Position numbers and translations under genes: made by a program. From Nitratidesulfovibrio vulgaris str. Hildenborough (GTDB lineage Bacteria; Desulfobacterota; Desulfovibrionia; Desulfovibrionales; Desulfovibrionaceae), in the NCBI RefSeq assembly GCF_000195755.1, contig NC_002937.3:210001-242000 (forward strand): DNA of 32,000 nucleotides, written 5' to 3'. How positions within the stretch are numbered: position 1 is the first letter of the stretch; every line of letters begins with the position of its first letter. Below, one piece after another: positions 16,234-23,751 of this stretch. Under the pieces are notes generated by a model. That model had not been told where the DNA came from. It was given only the letters and a program-made list of their open reading frames with translations, and did not search any database.

Positions 16234-16276
16234 GGCAACATGGTCACGGAATGTTGCCGGGTGGTGACCGGAAAGG
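16234..16276. promoter_or_regulatory. Operator-like cluster upstream of modBC: GGCAACAT-(GGTCACGGA)-ATGTTGCC then GGTGACCGGAAAGG
   Basis: Read directly: an 8-bp inverted repeat flanks GGTCAC (16242-16247), GTGACCG is at 16264-16270 and TGACCGGAA at 16265-16273. The cluster lies 183-225 nt upstream of ATG 16051. Confidence 0.45.
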
Positions 16277-16351
16277 GGCATGCGCGGGGAGAGGCTGCCC
16301 TCTTCATGCGGGGGCTTCCGACTCTCGCATCGGAGGCCGACGATTTCGACT

Positions 16352-16388
16352 AAACAGAAAACGCCGCCCCGTTTCGGGGGCGGCGTTC
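16352..16388 (-). terminator. Rho-independent terminator of the radical SAM gene
   Basis: On the minus strand, ACGCCGCCCCCG-AAA-CGGGGCGGCGT is followed by TTTTCTGTTT, 28 nt downstream of stop 16416. Confidence 0.8.
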
Positions 16389-16415
16389 ATGTGTAACCGT
16401 ATCGTGCAGGTCAGG

Positions 16416-17339
16416 TCAGGACGAACACTTGGCGCAGATGCCAAGACGTGAATAGTCGCCCCGTACGTAGTCGCGGATGAGGTCGGTGAAGTAGCGGGAG
16501 TTCCAGACTTCCTTGATGGATGTCTCGGCCACGTTGCCCACCTTCACCGTCTGCTTCCAGTCGTGGCAGCAGATGATCATGTCGCCGTTCTCCACGATGT
16601 ACGCCTGCTTGAGGAAGAGGTCGCAGTTGCGTTTGAGCTTCGGCTTCGATGCCTTGAAGGTCAGCGAGTCCGCCCCGGCGCGGTTGTCCATGGCGTGCAC
16701 CTTGAAGACGATGTCGCGCTCCTTCCAGTACTTGCGGGCGTAGTCGAGCTCGGGTTTGACGATGTTCGTCTCCACCGTGGTGACGATGACCTTGGGGTTC
16801 TTCGCCCCCAGTCTGCGCTTGGTGGCGAGAAACGTATCGATGTTGGTCAGTGTGCGGTCGAGGTCGAGGTCCATGCTGGTGCGGTAGGTTTCAGGCGAAT
16901 AGCCGTTCACACTGATCCACAGATGGGTGAGTCCCGCCCTGATGAGCGCCTCGCCCGTCTCTTCGGTGAGCAGGGCGGCGTTGGTGTTGATCTTGCTCTT
17001 GGTGAAGAAGGGCATCTTGTCATGGATGTAGCGCAGCATCTCGGGCATCCGCTTGTCCATGAGGGGTTCGTTGGTCAGGTAGGGGCTGACGCGACCGACG
17101 AAGTGGCGGGCACATTCGTCGACGATCTTGCGGAAGAGGGCGTCGTCCATCCTGCCGTGCGGGATGTCCTTCGGGCTATGCTTGTGGGGGCAGAAGATGC
17201 ACTTCGCATTGCAGGTCGAAAGGGTCTGGAACTCGATCGTCCGTGGGAATGACGGGCGAAAGCGTTTGCCTGTGGTCGCCCACGTCCATACCTTCTTGAG
17301 GTAGCTGTCGCCCTCTGCGGGCATATAATACCGTGCCAT
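16416..17339 (-). CDS. Radical SAM enzyme with Cys-rich C-terminal (SPASM/twitch-like) region, substrate unknown
   Basis: ORF track 16416..17345. I prefer ATG 17339, because GGAGG (17346-17350) abuts the first ATG and is 6 nt from the second. CxxxCxxC motif: STCNAKCIFCPH. C-terminal cysteines: CDLF..., ICCHDW, GICAKC. Confidence 0.8.
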   Translation of the reverse strand: MARYYMPAEGDSYLKKVWTWATTGKRFRPSFPRTIEFQTLSTCNAKCIFCPHKHSPKDIPHGRMDDALFRKIVDECARHFVGRVSPYLTNEPLMDKRMPEMLRYIHDKMPFFTKSKINTNAALLTEETGEALIRAGLTHLWISVNGYSPETYRTSMDLDLDRTLTNIDTFLATKRRLGAKNPKVIVTTVETNIVKPELDYARKYWKERDIVFKVHAMDNRAGADSLTFKASKPKLKRNCDLFLKQAYIVENGDMIICCHDWKQTVKVGNVAETSIKEVWNSRYFTDLIRDYVRGDYSRLGICAKCSS

Positions 17340-17467
17340 GTGCATCCTCCGTGGGCAATTCGGGGAAGTCCCCGTTCACGGGGGAGGTTTCGCAGATTCG
17401 GCCACATATGGCAATGGCACAGCCGAAGGTGATGGCGCCTGCCCCACTGCCGGGGAATGGCCCGAGA

Positions 17468-17500
17468 GGGGGCACGCCGGAACCGGTGTGGCGTGCCCCC
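17468..17500 (-). terminator. Hairpin GGGGGCACGCC-N11-GGCGTGCCCCC immediately downstream of the MCP gene
   Basis: An 11-bp perfect stem lies 7 nt after stop 17507. There is no T tract. Confidence 0.4.
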
Positions 17501-17506
17501 CGACCC

Positions 17507-19276
17507 CTAGGCTTCGCGTGCGTTCATGCGGGAGATGAGTCCTTCAAGATTCTGTGCCTGCGATGCCAGTTCTGTCACTGCAATCGACGACTGGCGCATG
17601 GCTTCGGCCGTCTCGGACGAAATGCGGTTGATGTCCTCAACGGAGTGGGCAATCTCGTCACTGGCTGCGGACTGCTGCGACGAGGCCGTGGCGATGCCCG
17701 AGACCTCTCCCGTGGCGGCCTGTACCGCCGCGACGATGCGGTTGAGCGCCTCGCCGGATGCGCGCACCTTGTGGGAAAGCGTCCCGATGCGCCCCACCAC
17801 ATCGTCCGCCGCATGGATGCTCAGTTCGGTCCCGGTCTGAATGCCCTTGATGGCAGCCCCTACCTCATGGGTGGCATGCATGGTCTTCTCCGCCAGTTTG
17901 CGCACCTCGTCGGCGACGACGGCAAAGCCCCTCCCCGCCTCGCCTGCGCGGGCAGCTTCGATGGCGGCATTGAGTGCCAGCAGGTTCGTCTGGTCGGCGA
18001 TGTCGGAGATGACGGTCATGATGCGCCCGATGGCCATGGCCTGCTGTTCGAGGCCCGCCATGTCCTCCTTGAGTTCACCCGCCTTTGCGGATGTTCCGGA
18101 CATGGCCGCCACGACCTCGTTCACGATGTCTGCGCCTTGTTCGGCCTCTTTGCGTGCCTGATTGGCATGTTGCGCCGCATCTTCGGCGTTGCGCGCCACT
18201 TCAAGCACGGTGGCGTTCATCTCTTCGATGGCCGTGGCGGTCTCGGCGACCCGTCTTGCCTGTTCCTCTGCACCGCGGCTTGATTGCTCGACCTGTGCGG
18301 CCAGTTCTTCCGAAGAACTGGAAAGCCGCTCCATGACGGTCTGCAAGTCTGCCACAGCCTGTGCCAGTTTGCGGCTTTGGGCCTCGGCTTCGGCCCGTGC
18401 CGCGTCGGCGGCCTCGGACGCATGCTGCGCCGCCTCGGCCTCTTTCGCGGCTTCGGCTGATTTTTCCGTGGCATCCTGCATGGATGCCATGATGGTCCCC
18501 ACCATGGCGCGCACCGCTTGAAGCAGGTCTTGCAATTCGCCGCCATAGAGATGGTCGTTATGGGTCTTATGGTCGTAGTCGCCAGCTGCCACGGCGCGGG
18601 CCGTGGCCGTGAGGTCGCGTACCGGGCGTGATATGGCGCGGGTGGTGACGCTGGCTGCTGCTGCGCACAGGAGGACGGCAACAGCTATCAGGATGGTGCC
18701 CGTTCTGCGTTCCTGTGTCACAAGGGTGGTACAGGCGAGCATCGCACTGCTGGCGGCGGCTGCATTCTCTGTCTGCACCGTGTCAGCCGCGGTCGCCACG
18801 GCATTGTAGACCGGGCGCAACGTTTCCTTTTCGAAGGTGTGCGCGGCTTCGTACATGCCATCACGCGTGAGACTCATGAGCTTCGTGCTCAGCCTCGTGT
18901 ATTCGTCGTAACTCTTCGTAAGCTCGTCCCATGCCGCACGCTCCTTGTCGGTGCTGATGTCCGGCAGGTTCTCATAGGCGGTCATGGCCTTTTGAATGGC
19001 CTTGCGACTCGATTCGATGAGCCTCTCCCCTTCCGCCAGTGCCTCCGGGGCTTCCGCCGCGAGATAGCGCAGTTGTCGGACGCGCATGCGGGCGAGGTTC
19101 CCCTGCATGTCGCCAATGGCTGTCATGCTGGGCAGGTAGATGGTGCCAACGGAGTGTGCGGCGGTGTCGATGCGCGAAAAGGCGAGAAGGGTCATGCCGC
19201 CGAAGCCCATGAGGGTGATAAGGGCAACGCAGAATCCCGCCATGATGCGCTGGCCGATGGTCATGCGTCTGAACAC
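17507..19276 (-). CDS. Methyl-accepting chemotaxis protein (two TM helices, periplasmic helical sensor, HAMP, signalling domain)
   Basis: ORF track, 589 aa. GTG start at 19276 with AAGGAG 6 nt upstream. Signalling core: [42 protein letters not shown]. Confidence 0.9.
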   Translation of the reverse strand: MFRRMTIGQRIMAGFCVALITLMGFGGMTLLAFSRIDTAAHSVGTIYLPSMTAIGDMQGNLARMRVRQLRYLAAEAPEALAEGERLIESSRKAIQKAMTAYENLPDISTDKERAAWDELTKSYDEYTRLSTKLMSLTRDGMYEAAHTFEKETLRPVYNAVATAADTVQTENAAAASSAMLACTTLVTQERRTGTILIAVAVLLCAAAASVTTRAISRPVRDLTATARAVAAGDYDHKTHNDHLYGGELQDLLQAVRAMVGTIMASMQDATEKSAEAAKEAEAAQHASEAADAARAEAEAQSRKLAQAVADLQTVMERLSSSSEELAAQVEQSSRGAEEQARRVAETATAIEEMNATVLEVARNAEDAAQHANQARKEAEQGADIVNEVVAAMSGTSAKAGELKEDMAGLEQQAMAIGRIMTVISDIADQTNLLALNAAIEAARAGEAGRGFAVVADEVRKLAEKTMHATHEVGAAIKGIQTGTELSIHAADDVVGRIGTLSHKVRASGEALNRIVAAVQAATGEVSGIATASSQQSAASDEIAHSVEDINRISSETAEAMRQSSIAVTELASQAQNLEGLISRMNAREA

Positions 19277-19410
19277 GTGAAGCTCCTTGCGAGCAGGGCT
19301 GCTCGTGCTGATGGTGGCCCCCGCCCCCCTCTGTCATGCCTTTCGTGTCTCGTGCCCTACTCAATAGGCTCGGCGCACCCCCTTCACAATGGGGGGCAAC
19401 CCTCATGGCG

Positions 19411-19426
19411 TGGCATGTAAAATGCT
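19411..19426 (+). promoter_or_regulatory. Sigma-54 -24/-12 promoter-like element TGGCATGTAAAATGCT
   Basis: GG (19412-19413) and GC (19424-19425) have the canonical 12-nt register of TGGCACG-N4-TTGCW. The element points rightwards into the low-GC island. No enhancer-binding-protein gene is in the window. Confidence 0.4.
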
Positions 19427-20020
19427 GTATTCACACATCGTTTCTGGCGCGGGATGTTCTGGTGCCCACAGGGGGTAATGTGGTGAAATCATGGCTGATT
19501 GCAATGCCGTACAAACGTTGGCGAGAGGCGGCGGGCTTGGTCTGTAATCTGCTGCCACGCCTATGCGTTATGGTCGAGGTGGCATGGAAGGAAGCCCTGC
19601 TGCTGAACGCGTCGGCAAACACAAGTCTGACAGGCAGGATAAGAGGTGATGTTCCCGGATATGTGGGCATTACCTATGGGGGAATCCCTACCTCGCCGGT
19701 TGGAGTGGCATACAGATTCCTTCATGCGGGTAATGATGGAGATCGTTGTGGTTTAAGCTTCTATTTAAGTGGCTTATGTGGAGTGTTTATTAGTTTTGAG
19801 TCATTGTTCACAAAATCACAATAACATTACAAAAAAACATGCCAAAGCCGTGTCTGCTTGTGCAGAATATGCGATTTTTCACATGGAGGACAAACCTTGT
19901 CAGGGCGTGACGTGACTGCTAGAGGCGGTCGCCGTGCCTTCCGGCCTTCGGTATGGGTGGCACATCCGTTTGTCGTAACGCGGGGCAGCCCCGCATCATA
20001 CCTCGCCCGAAGGAGAAGCC

Positions 20021-20800
20021 ATGTCGCTGAGCTACAAGGAAATGCACCAGACCCTTATGGAAGAACTGCGCCTCTACCATTACCCTGTTGCGGTGAAGTT
20101 CTTCTTCGATGATGAAGAACTTGCCACATTCAAGGAAAAGGCCGAGTTCTACGTTCCTGTGAAGCCCATGACCTTCTGCCAGTGGGAACTGGCTGCCCGC
20201 ATGAAGGGGCAGACCGTGCTGGCGACCCGTGAAGACCTCGGCTGCTCCAACGCGCTCGTGTCCTTCGGCTGGAAGGACATCGACGACAACGAAATCAAGA
20301 GCCACATGAAGTACGTGCGCTCCATCGAGCAGGCCGAGAAGTTCGTGCGCTCCAAGCCCCGTCTCGACATGGGCTCGGTGAAGGCCATCGCCGTAGGCCC
20401 GCTGGGCGATGCCATCGTCGCTCCTTCGGTGGTGCATTTCTACTGTGACAACATGCAGTCGTACCACCTTGCCGTGGACTACATGGCTGCCATGGACCAG
20501 CACCCCCTGCGCACCAACGTGACCATGAACTCCTCCGCATGCGGCGGCACGGTGTTCTCGTTCCTCGAAAAGACCGCCAACATGCTTCCTGCCTGTTCGG
20601 GCAGCTACAACGCAGGCAAGACCGAGCGTGGCGAAATCAACTTCATGATCCCCGGTGAGCATATCGAAGCCACTGTGGAACGCCTGCTTGAGCGGAAGCG
20701 CAACCTCGGTTCCAGCGCCATCACCCGCCCCGGCGACGGTTTCCCCGGTGCCGATGTGTGCAAGAACTGCCCGCTCATCATCTTCAAGAAGGAAAAGTAG
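20021..20800 (+). CDS. DUF169 (COG2043) family protein
   Basis: ORF track, 259 aa. AGGAG (20011-20015) lies 5 nt upstream. The N-terminal LRLYHYPVAVKFF pattern and the length are typical of DUF169, from memory of the family. Confidence 0.7.
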   Translation: MSLSYKEMHQTLMEELRLYHYPVAVKFFFDDEELATFKEKAEFYVPVKPMTFCQWELAARMKGQTVLATREDLGCSNALVSFGWKDIDDNEIKSHMKYVRSIEQAEKFVRSKPRLDMGSVKAIAVGPLGDAIVAPSVVHFYCDNMQSYHLAVDYMAAMDQHPLRTNVTMNSSACGGTVFSFLEKTANMLPACSGSYNAGKTERGEINFMIPGEHIEATVERLLERKRNLGSSAITRPGDGFPGADVCKNCPLIIFKKEK

Positions 20801-20856
20801 ACGCGCCGGGTGTGGCCCGGTCTCCGCGTGGCCATGCGCGGGGTGTCTGCATCGTC

Positions 20857-20889
20857 AAGCCCGCCGGACTGCCGTCCGGCGGGCTTTTC
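20857..20889 (+). terminator. Rho-independent terminator of the DUF169 gene
   Basis: GCCCGCCGGAC-TGCC-GTCCGGCGGGC (11-bp stem, 20859-20884) is followed by TTTT. Confidence 0.85.
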
Positions 20890-21221
20890 ATATGGCTTCT
20901 GCACGTTGCCGGGGAGCGGCTATGACAGAACTCTGCCGACATGCGCTGTGGCAAAAAGTGCTCCCTATACCTCTCCGGAGGGTGCAACGAGGGGCGGTGC
21001 CCGCCCTTGGGCATAGTGATTCTGGGGGGGAGGCGTGTGTTTCTGCACCGTGCCAGCGAATGTTCGCGTGGGCTCTGGAACCATCGCCCGGCGCTGACAG
21101 GCAGCCGAAAAGGCTTTTCTGGTCGTGAGACGTTGCTCGCTGAAGCCTCTGCGACGCCATGGACAAGACGGGGAAGGCAGGGCAGCGGGATGGCGATGTC
21201 CGCGGCGTGCTGTGCGGGACG

Positions 21222-22349
21222 TCACGCCTTGCGGTATTTGTTTCTCTTGCGCTCGTACATGAGATTGTCGCAGCGCTTGAGCAGGTCGTCGAGGTGCTCC
21301 CCTTCGCGGGAACAGGCCAGGCCGTAGCTGAACGCGACACGGTAGGGCATGGCGTTATGCTGCGCAAGACGCTCTTCGACGTTGCAAAGCTTCTCGTAGA
21401 TGGCCGCAGGGTCGTCAGAGAATTCCAAGACCGCGAACTCGTCACCGCCAAGGCGCATCAGGCGCGTCTTCCGGTCGAAGACGAGACGCATCGTGGCGGC
21501 GAGGGTCCGAATGGCGTCATCCCCGGCGTGGTGTCCATAGCGGTCGTTGATGGCCTTGAGTCCGTCCATGTCGATCATGGCGACGCACAGCCGAAGGGGA
21601 TTCATGGTGCGGGCCACGTGGATGGCGTTGCGGAAGGCAGTCCGGTTATCGAGACGTGTGAGTTCGTCGGTCTCCGCGTTGCACACCATCACCCCCACAA
21701 AGAGGATGACGGTAGAGATTGCCCAACTGCTCCAGATGGTCAGGATGGTGGCGTGCACCAACTGGATGGCGCCTATGAGCATCGGGAGCGCGGCGGTGAC
21801 CGCCAGCAGTATGGTCTCTTCCCTTTTGAGTTCCCTGAACTGTCTGAAGATGAAGAACACTGTGAGCATCTGCCCGCAGTAGAAGGCCAAGGGGGAGAGC
21901 GCGAACCATGGTCCGCGAGAATACCTGTTGTCAGGAGCTATTTCGAACAGGATGCCGCCGTTGAAGCTCAACAGTGACAGGATGATGTTACAGATGACGG
22001 GGAATGCGCCGATAGCAATTGCCCAGCCCTGCATTGCGGTGCCCGTCCATCGGTGGACGAAGAACCAGAGCAGCAGCCCCGGAACGGGGACAAGCGCGAA
22101 GCCGAGGCTATTGACCAGTCTGGCCCAGGGAACCAGCCAGTCATGGGCGGCGACCTCGGGATTGAAACGGCTATCGATTGCGACACTTGTCACTTCAAGG
22201 GCGAGAAGTCCCATGATGACGATGATGATGGCTACCAGAAGCCCATGTCCGGCCCTGCACCTGTCCAGTTTGAAGTAGGCCACCAGCAGCGTGAGCAGCA
22301 GCATGAGGCACATGAAAAGATCGATCTGGGTGGTGGTCAGGAGATCCAT
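21222..22349 (-). CDS. Membrane-anchored diguanylate cyclase (multi-TM N-terminal domain + GGDEF)
   Basis: ORF track, 375 aa, with about 6-7 hydrophobic helices. GGDEF domain: LTRLDNRTAFRNAI...AMIDMDGLKAINDRYGHHAGDDAIR...RLGGDEFAVL. Confidence 0.85.
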   Translation of the reverse strand: MDLLTTTQIDLFMCLMLLLTLLVAYFKLDRCRAGHGLLVAIIIVIMGLLALEVTSVAIDSRFNPEVAAHDWLVPWARLVNSLGFALVPVPGLLLWFFVHRWTGTAMQGWAIAIGAFPVICNIILSLLSFNGGILFEIAPDNRYSRGPWFALSPLAFYCGQMLTVFFIFRQFRELKREETILLAVTAALPMLIGAIQLVHATILTIWSSWAISTVILFVGVMVCNAETDELTRLDNRTAFRNAIHVARTMNPLRLCVAMIDMDGLKAINDRYGHHAGDDAIRTLAATMRLVFDRKTRLMRLGGDEFAVLEFSDDPAAIYEKLCNVEERLAQHNAMPYRVAFSYGLACSREGEHLDDLLKRCDNLMYERKRNKYRKA

Positions 22350-22965
22350 CGGAGAGACGTACCTTCATGCCGGAGGGCGGGCGATGGGCAGGCTTGCGAG
22401 GAATCCCGCACGGCCCTTGGTGACCGCGTGCAAGACGGGAGAAGAGGCGTGACGGCAGCCTCGTCGCGGAGAGGCAGTAGAACCTTTGACGTCTGCCTCG
22501 TCAAGGGATGATGCATTGTTCACTACAGGCGGTGCAGTGCCATTGCTGGACGGTTCACGCTGCACTCCTGTGCTTGGTGTAGCACTGTGTGGTCGTATGC
22601 GGTGTGGTTGTGTGCTCCTGAAGGCGGCTTGTCCCCGCGAGCGAAGTCTCTCCCCGTGGTTTTCTTCTGAAGTGAGCGCTGAAAGGCCAAGGCCTTCGTC
22701 ACGTGGGCCTCAGGCGCCTGTGCTGGCGTGGAGGGGCTGGGCATGTGGGCATGGCCCGTCGTGGAGTGTCGTTCACGTAATGGCCCTCCTGCGCTTGGCA
22801 TGAGGAGGCCTCCACCACGCATGTGGGTACGGTAATGAGGAGTGGAGACGTCGGGCTTCTGCGGGGTTGCCCGTGGGCGTATACCGTGTGAACCGGTCTC
22901 GACGTTGTGTGTGCGGCCAGCCGGAAGAACCTGTCTGAAGCCTTGAGGAGTAGGTCTCAAATACG

Positions 22966-22996
22966 AAGCCCCCGCATGAAGATGGGGGGCTTTTTG
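22966..22996 (+). terminator. Orphan rho-independent terminator with no upstream ORF
   Basis: AAGCCCCC-N11-GGGGGCTT is followed by TTTG (overall T run TTTTT, 22991-22995). No plus-strand ORF ends near it. Confidence 0.6.
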
Positions 22997-23071
22997 CAGT
23001 ATTTTCCTGTGCCAATTCGTCCGCTACGCAATGTCAAAGCGTTCGCGCGTGCATGCAGGGGGGAGGCAGGC

Positions 23072-23124
23072 AAAAAGTGAGTCACCGAGTGAATCCTGCT
23101 TGCCAGCAGTTCAACCGGTGACTC
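23072..23124 (-). terminator. Rho-independent terminator belonging to the tRNA-Lys locus
   Basis: On the minus strand, GAGTCACCG-N28-CGGTGACTC (with an inner CTGC/GCAG stem) is followed by ACTTTTTG. It starts 19 nt downstream of the tRNA 3' end. Confidence 0.65.
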
Positions 23125-23142
23125 GTAACTTTCTGTTATCAT

Positions 23143-23189
23143 TGGTGGGTCGTGCAGGATTCGAACCTGCGACTCTCTGCTTAAAAGGC
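23143..23189 (-). pseudogene. 3' fragment (anticodon loop to CCA) of tRNA-Lys(UUU); prophage att core / displaced chromosomal copy
   Basis: The minus strand reads GC CTTTTAA GCAGA GAGTC GCAGG TTCGAAT CCTGC ACGACCC A CCA. The T arm and acceptor 3' strand are identical to canonical bacterial tRNA-Lys(UUU). The 30 nt further 5' (TACGTTACTTTACC...) cannot form the acceptor, D or anticodon-stem partners. Confidence 0.8.
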
Positions 23190-23751
23190 CCACGCGATGA
23201 ACACGGTAAAGTAACGTATCGTCGCGTAATGTGGGCTGGATTTGGATGCCGCGTAGACTTTCAACGGAGGCATAAGGGGGTAGCATACGGAGGCAAGCTT
23301 TACACTCCACTTTACATCATTGCTGTTCAATCCTTGGACTGCGTATGTGGGGCGGACGAGCGTCCCTTCATTAAGGCTGTACCATTCATCCAACTCTGCG
23401 CGTCGGGCAAGATACGCTCGGCCGCATCCTTCAGCCCGCGCCGCTGCGCGGGCCTCCGGGCGGGCGCAGTCCCCCGCGCCCCCTTCCCCCCCTCTCCGGA
23501 GAAGCTGACCAAAATCTCCCATAAGCCTGCGCGCACCTCTGGCAGCTGCGGGTCCTTCCCCTATGGGGGCCAGCCTACGGCTGCTGCCGACCCCACGATT
23601 TGGCCGCGAACTGTGGAACGCATTGCGTGGAAAAATGGAATCCGCGCGGGTGCGACACCTTCGCTGCATACGCCAAGAGACAATCGTAACACTGCACCCC
23701 GCCCGTTGAGGGGCGTCGCACCATGCACGGGCGGGCTCATGGAGTACCGCC

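Noticed and set aside
19336-19824. The 162-aa ORF in the low-GC island as a bona fide gene.
   Set aside because: It starts inside the MCP promoter region and contains the sigma-54 element. It has no SD at any in-frame ATG, an atypical codon set, and no family resemblance that I can see. I leave it as an open question in the findings rather than a feature.
19958-19973. A second sigma-54-like element, TGGCACATCCGTTTGT, 48-63 nt upstream of DUF169.
   Set aside because: The -24 TGGCAC is perfect, but the -12 element is TTGT, displaced by 1 nt, and lacks the conserved GC. I keep it only as a weak alternative.
22560-22996. Known housekeeping ncRNAs (RNase P RNA, tmRNA, SRP/4.5S RNA) in the ORF-free region.
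   Set aside because: None of the universally conserved boxes I know is present. RNase P would need GGAAAGTCCGGGC, tmRNA a GGGG...tRNA-Ala-like CCACCA end, and SRP CCGGAAGGAAGCAGCC. CCGGAAGAACCTG at 22921-22933 is only a superficial resemblance.
23143-23218. A complete tRNA-Lys gene on the minus strand.
   Set aside because: Only the 3' 47 nt fit. The 5' 29 nt (TACGTTACTTTACCGTGTTCATCGCGTGG) cannot pair with the ACGACCC acceptor strand, do not form a D arm, and pair at only 3 of 5 anticodon-stem positions.
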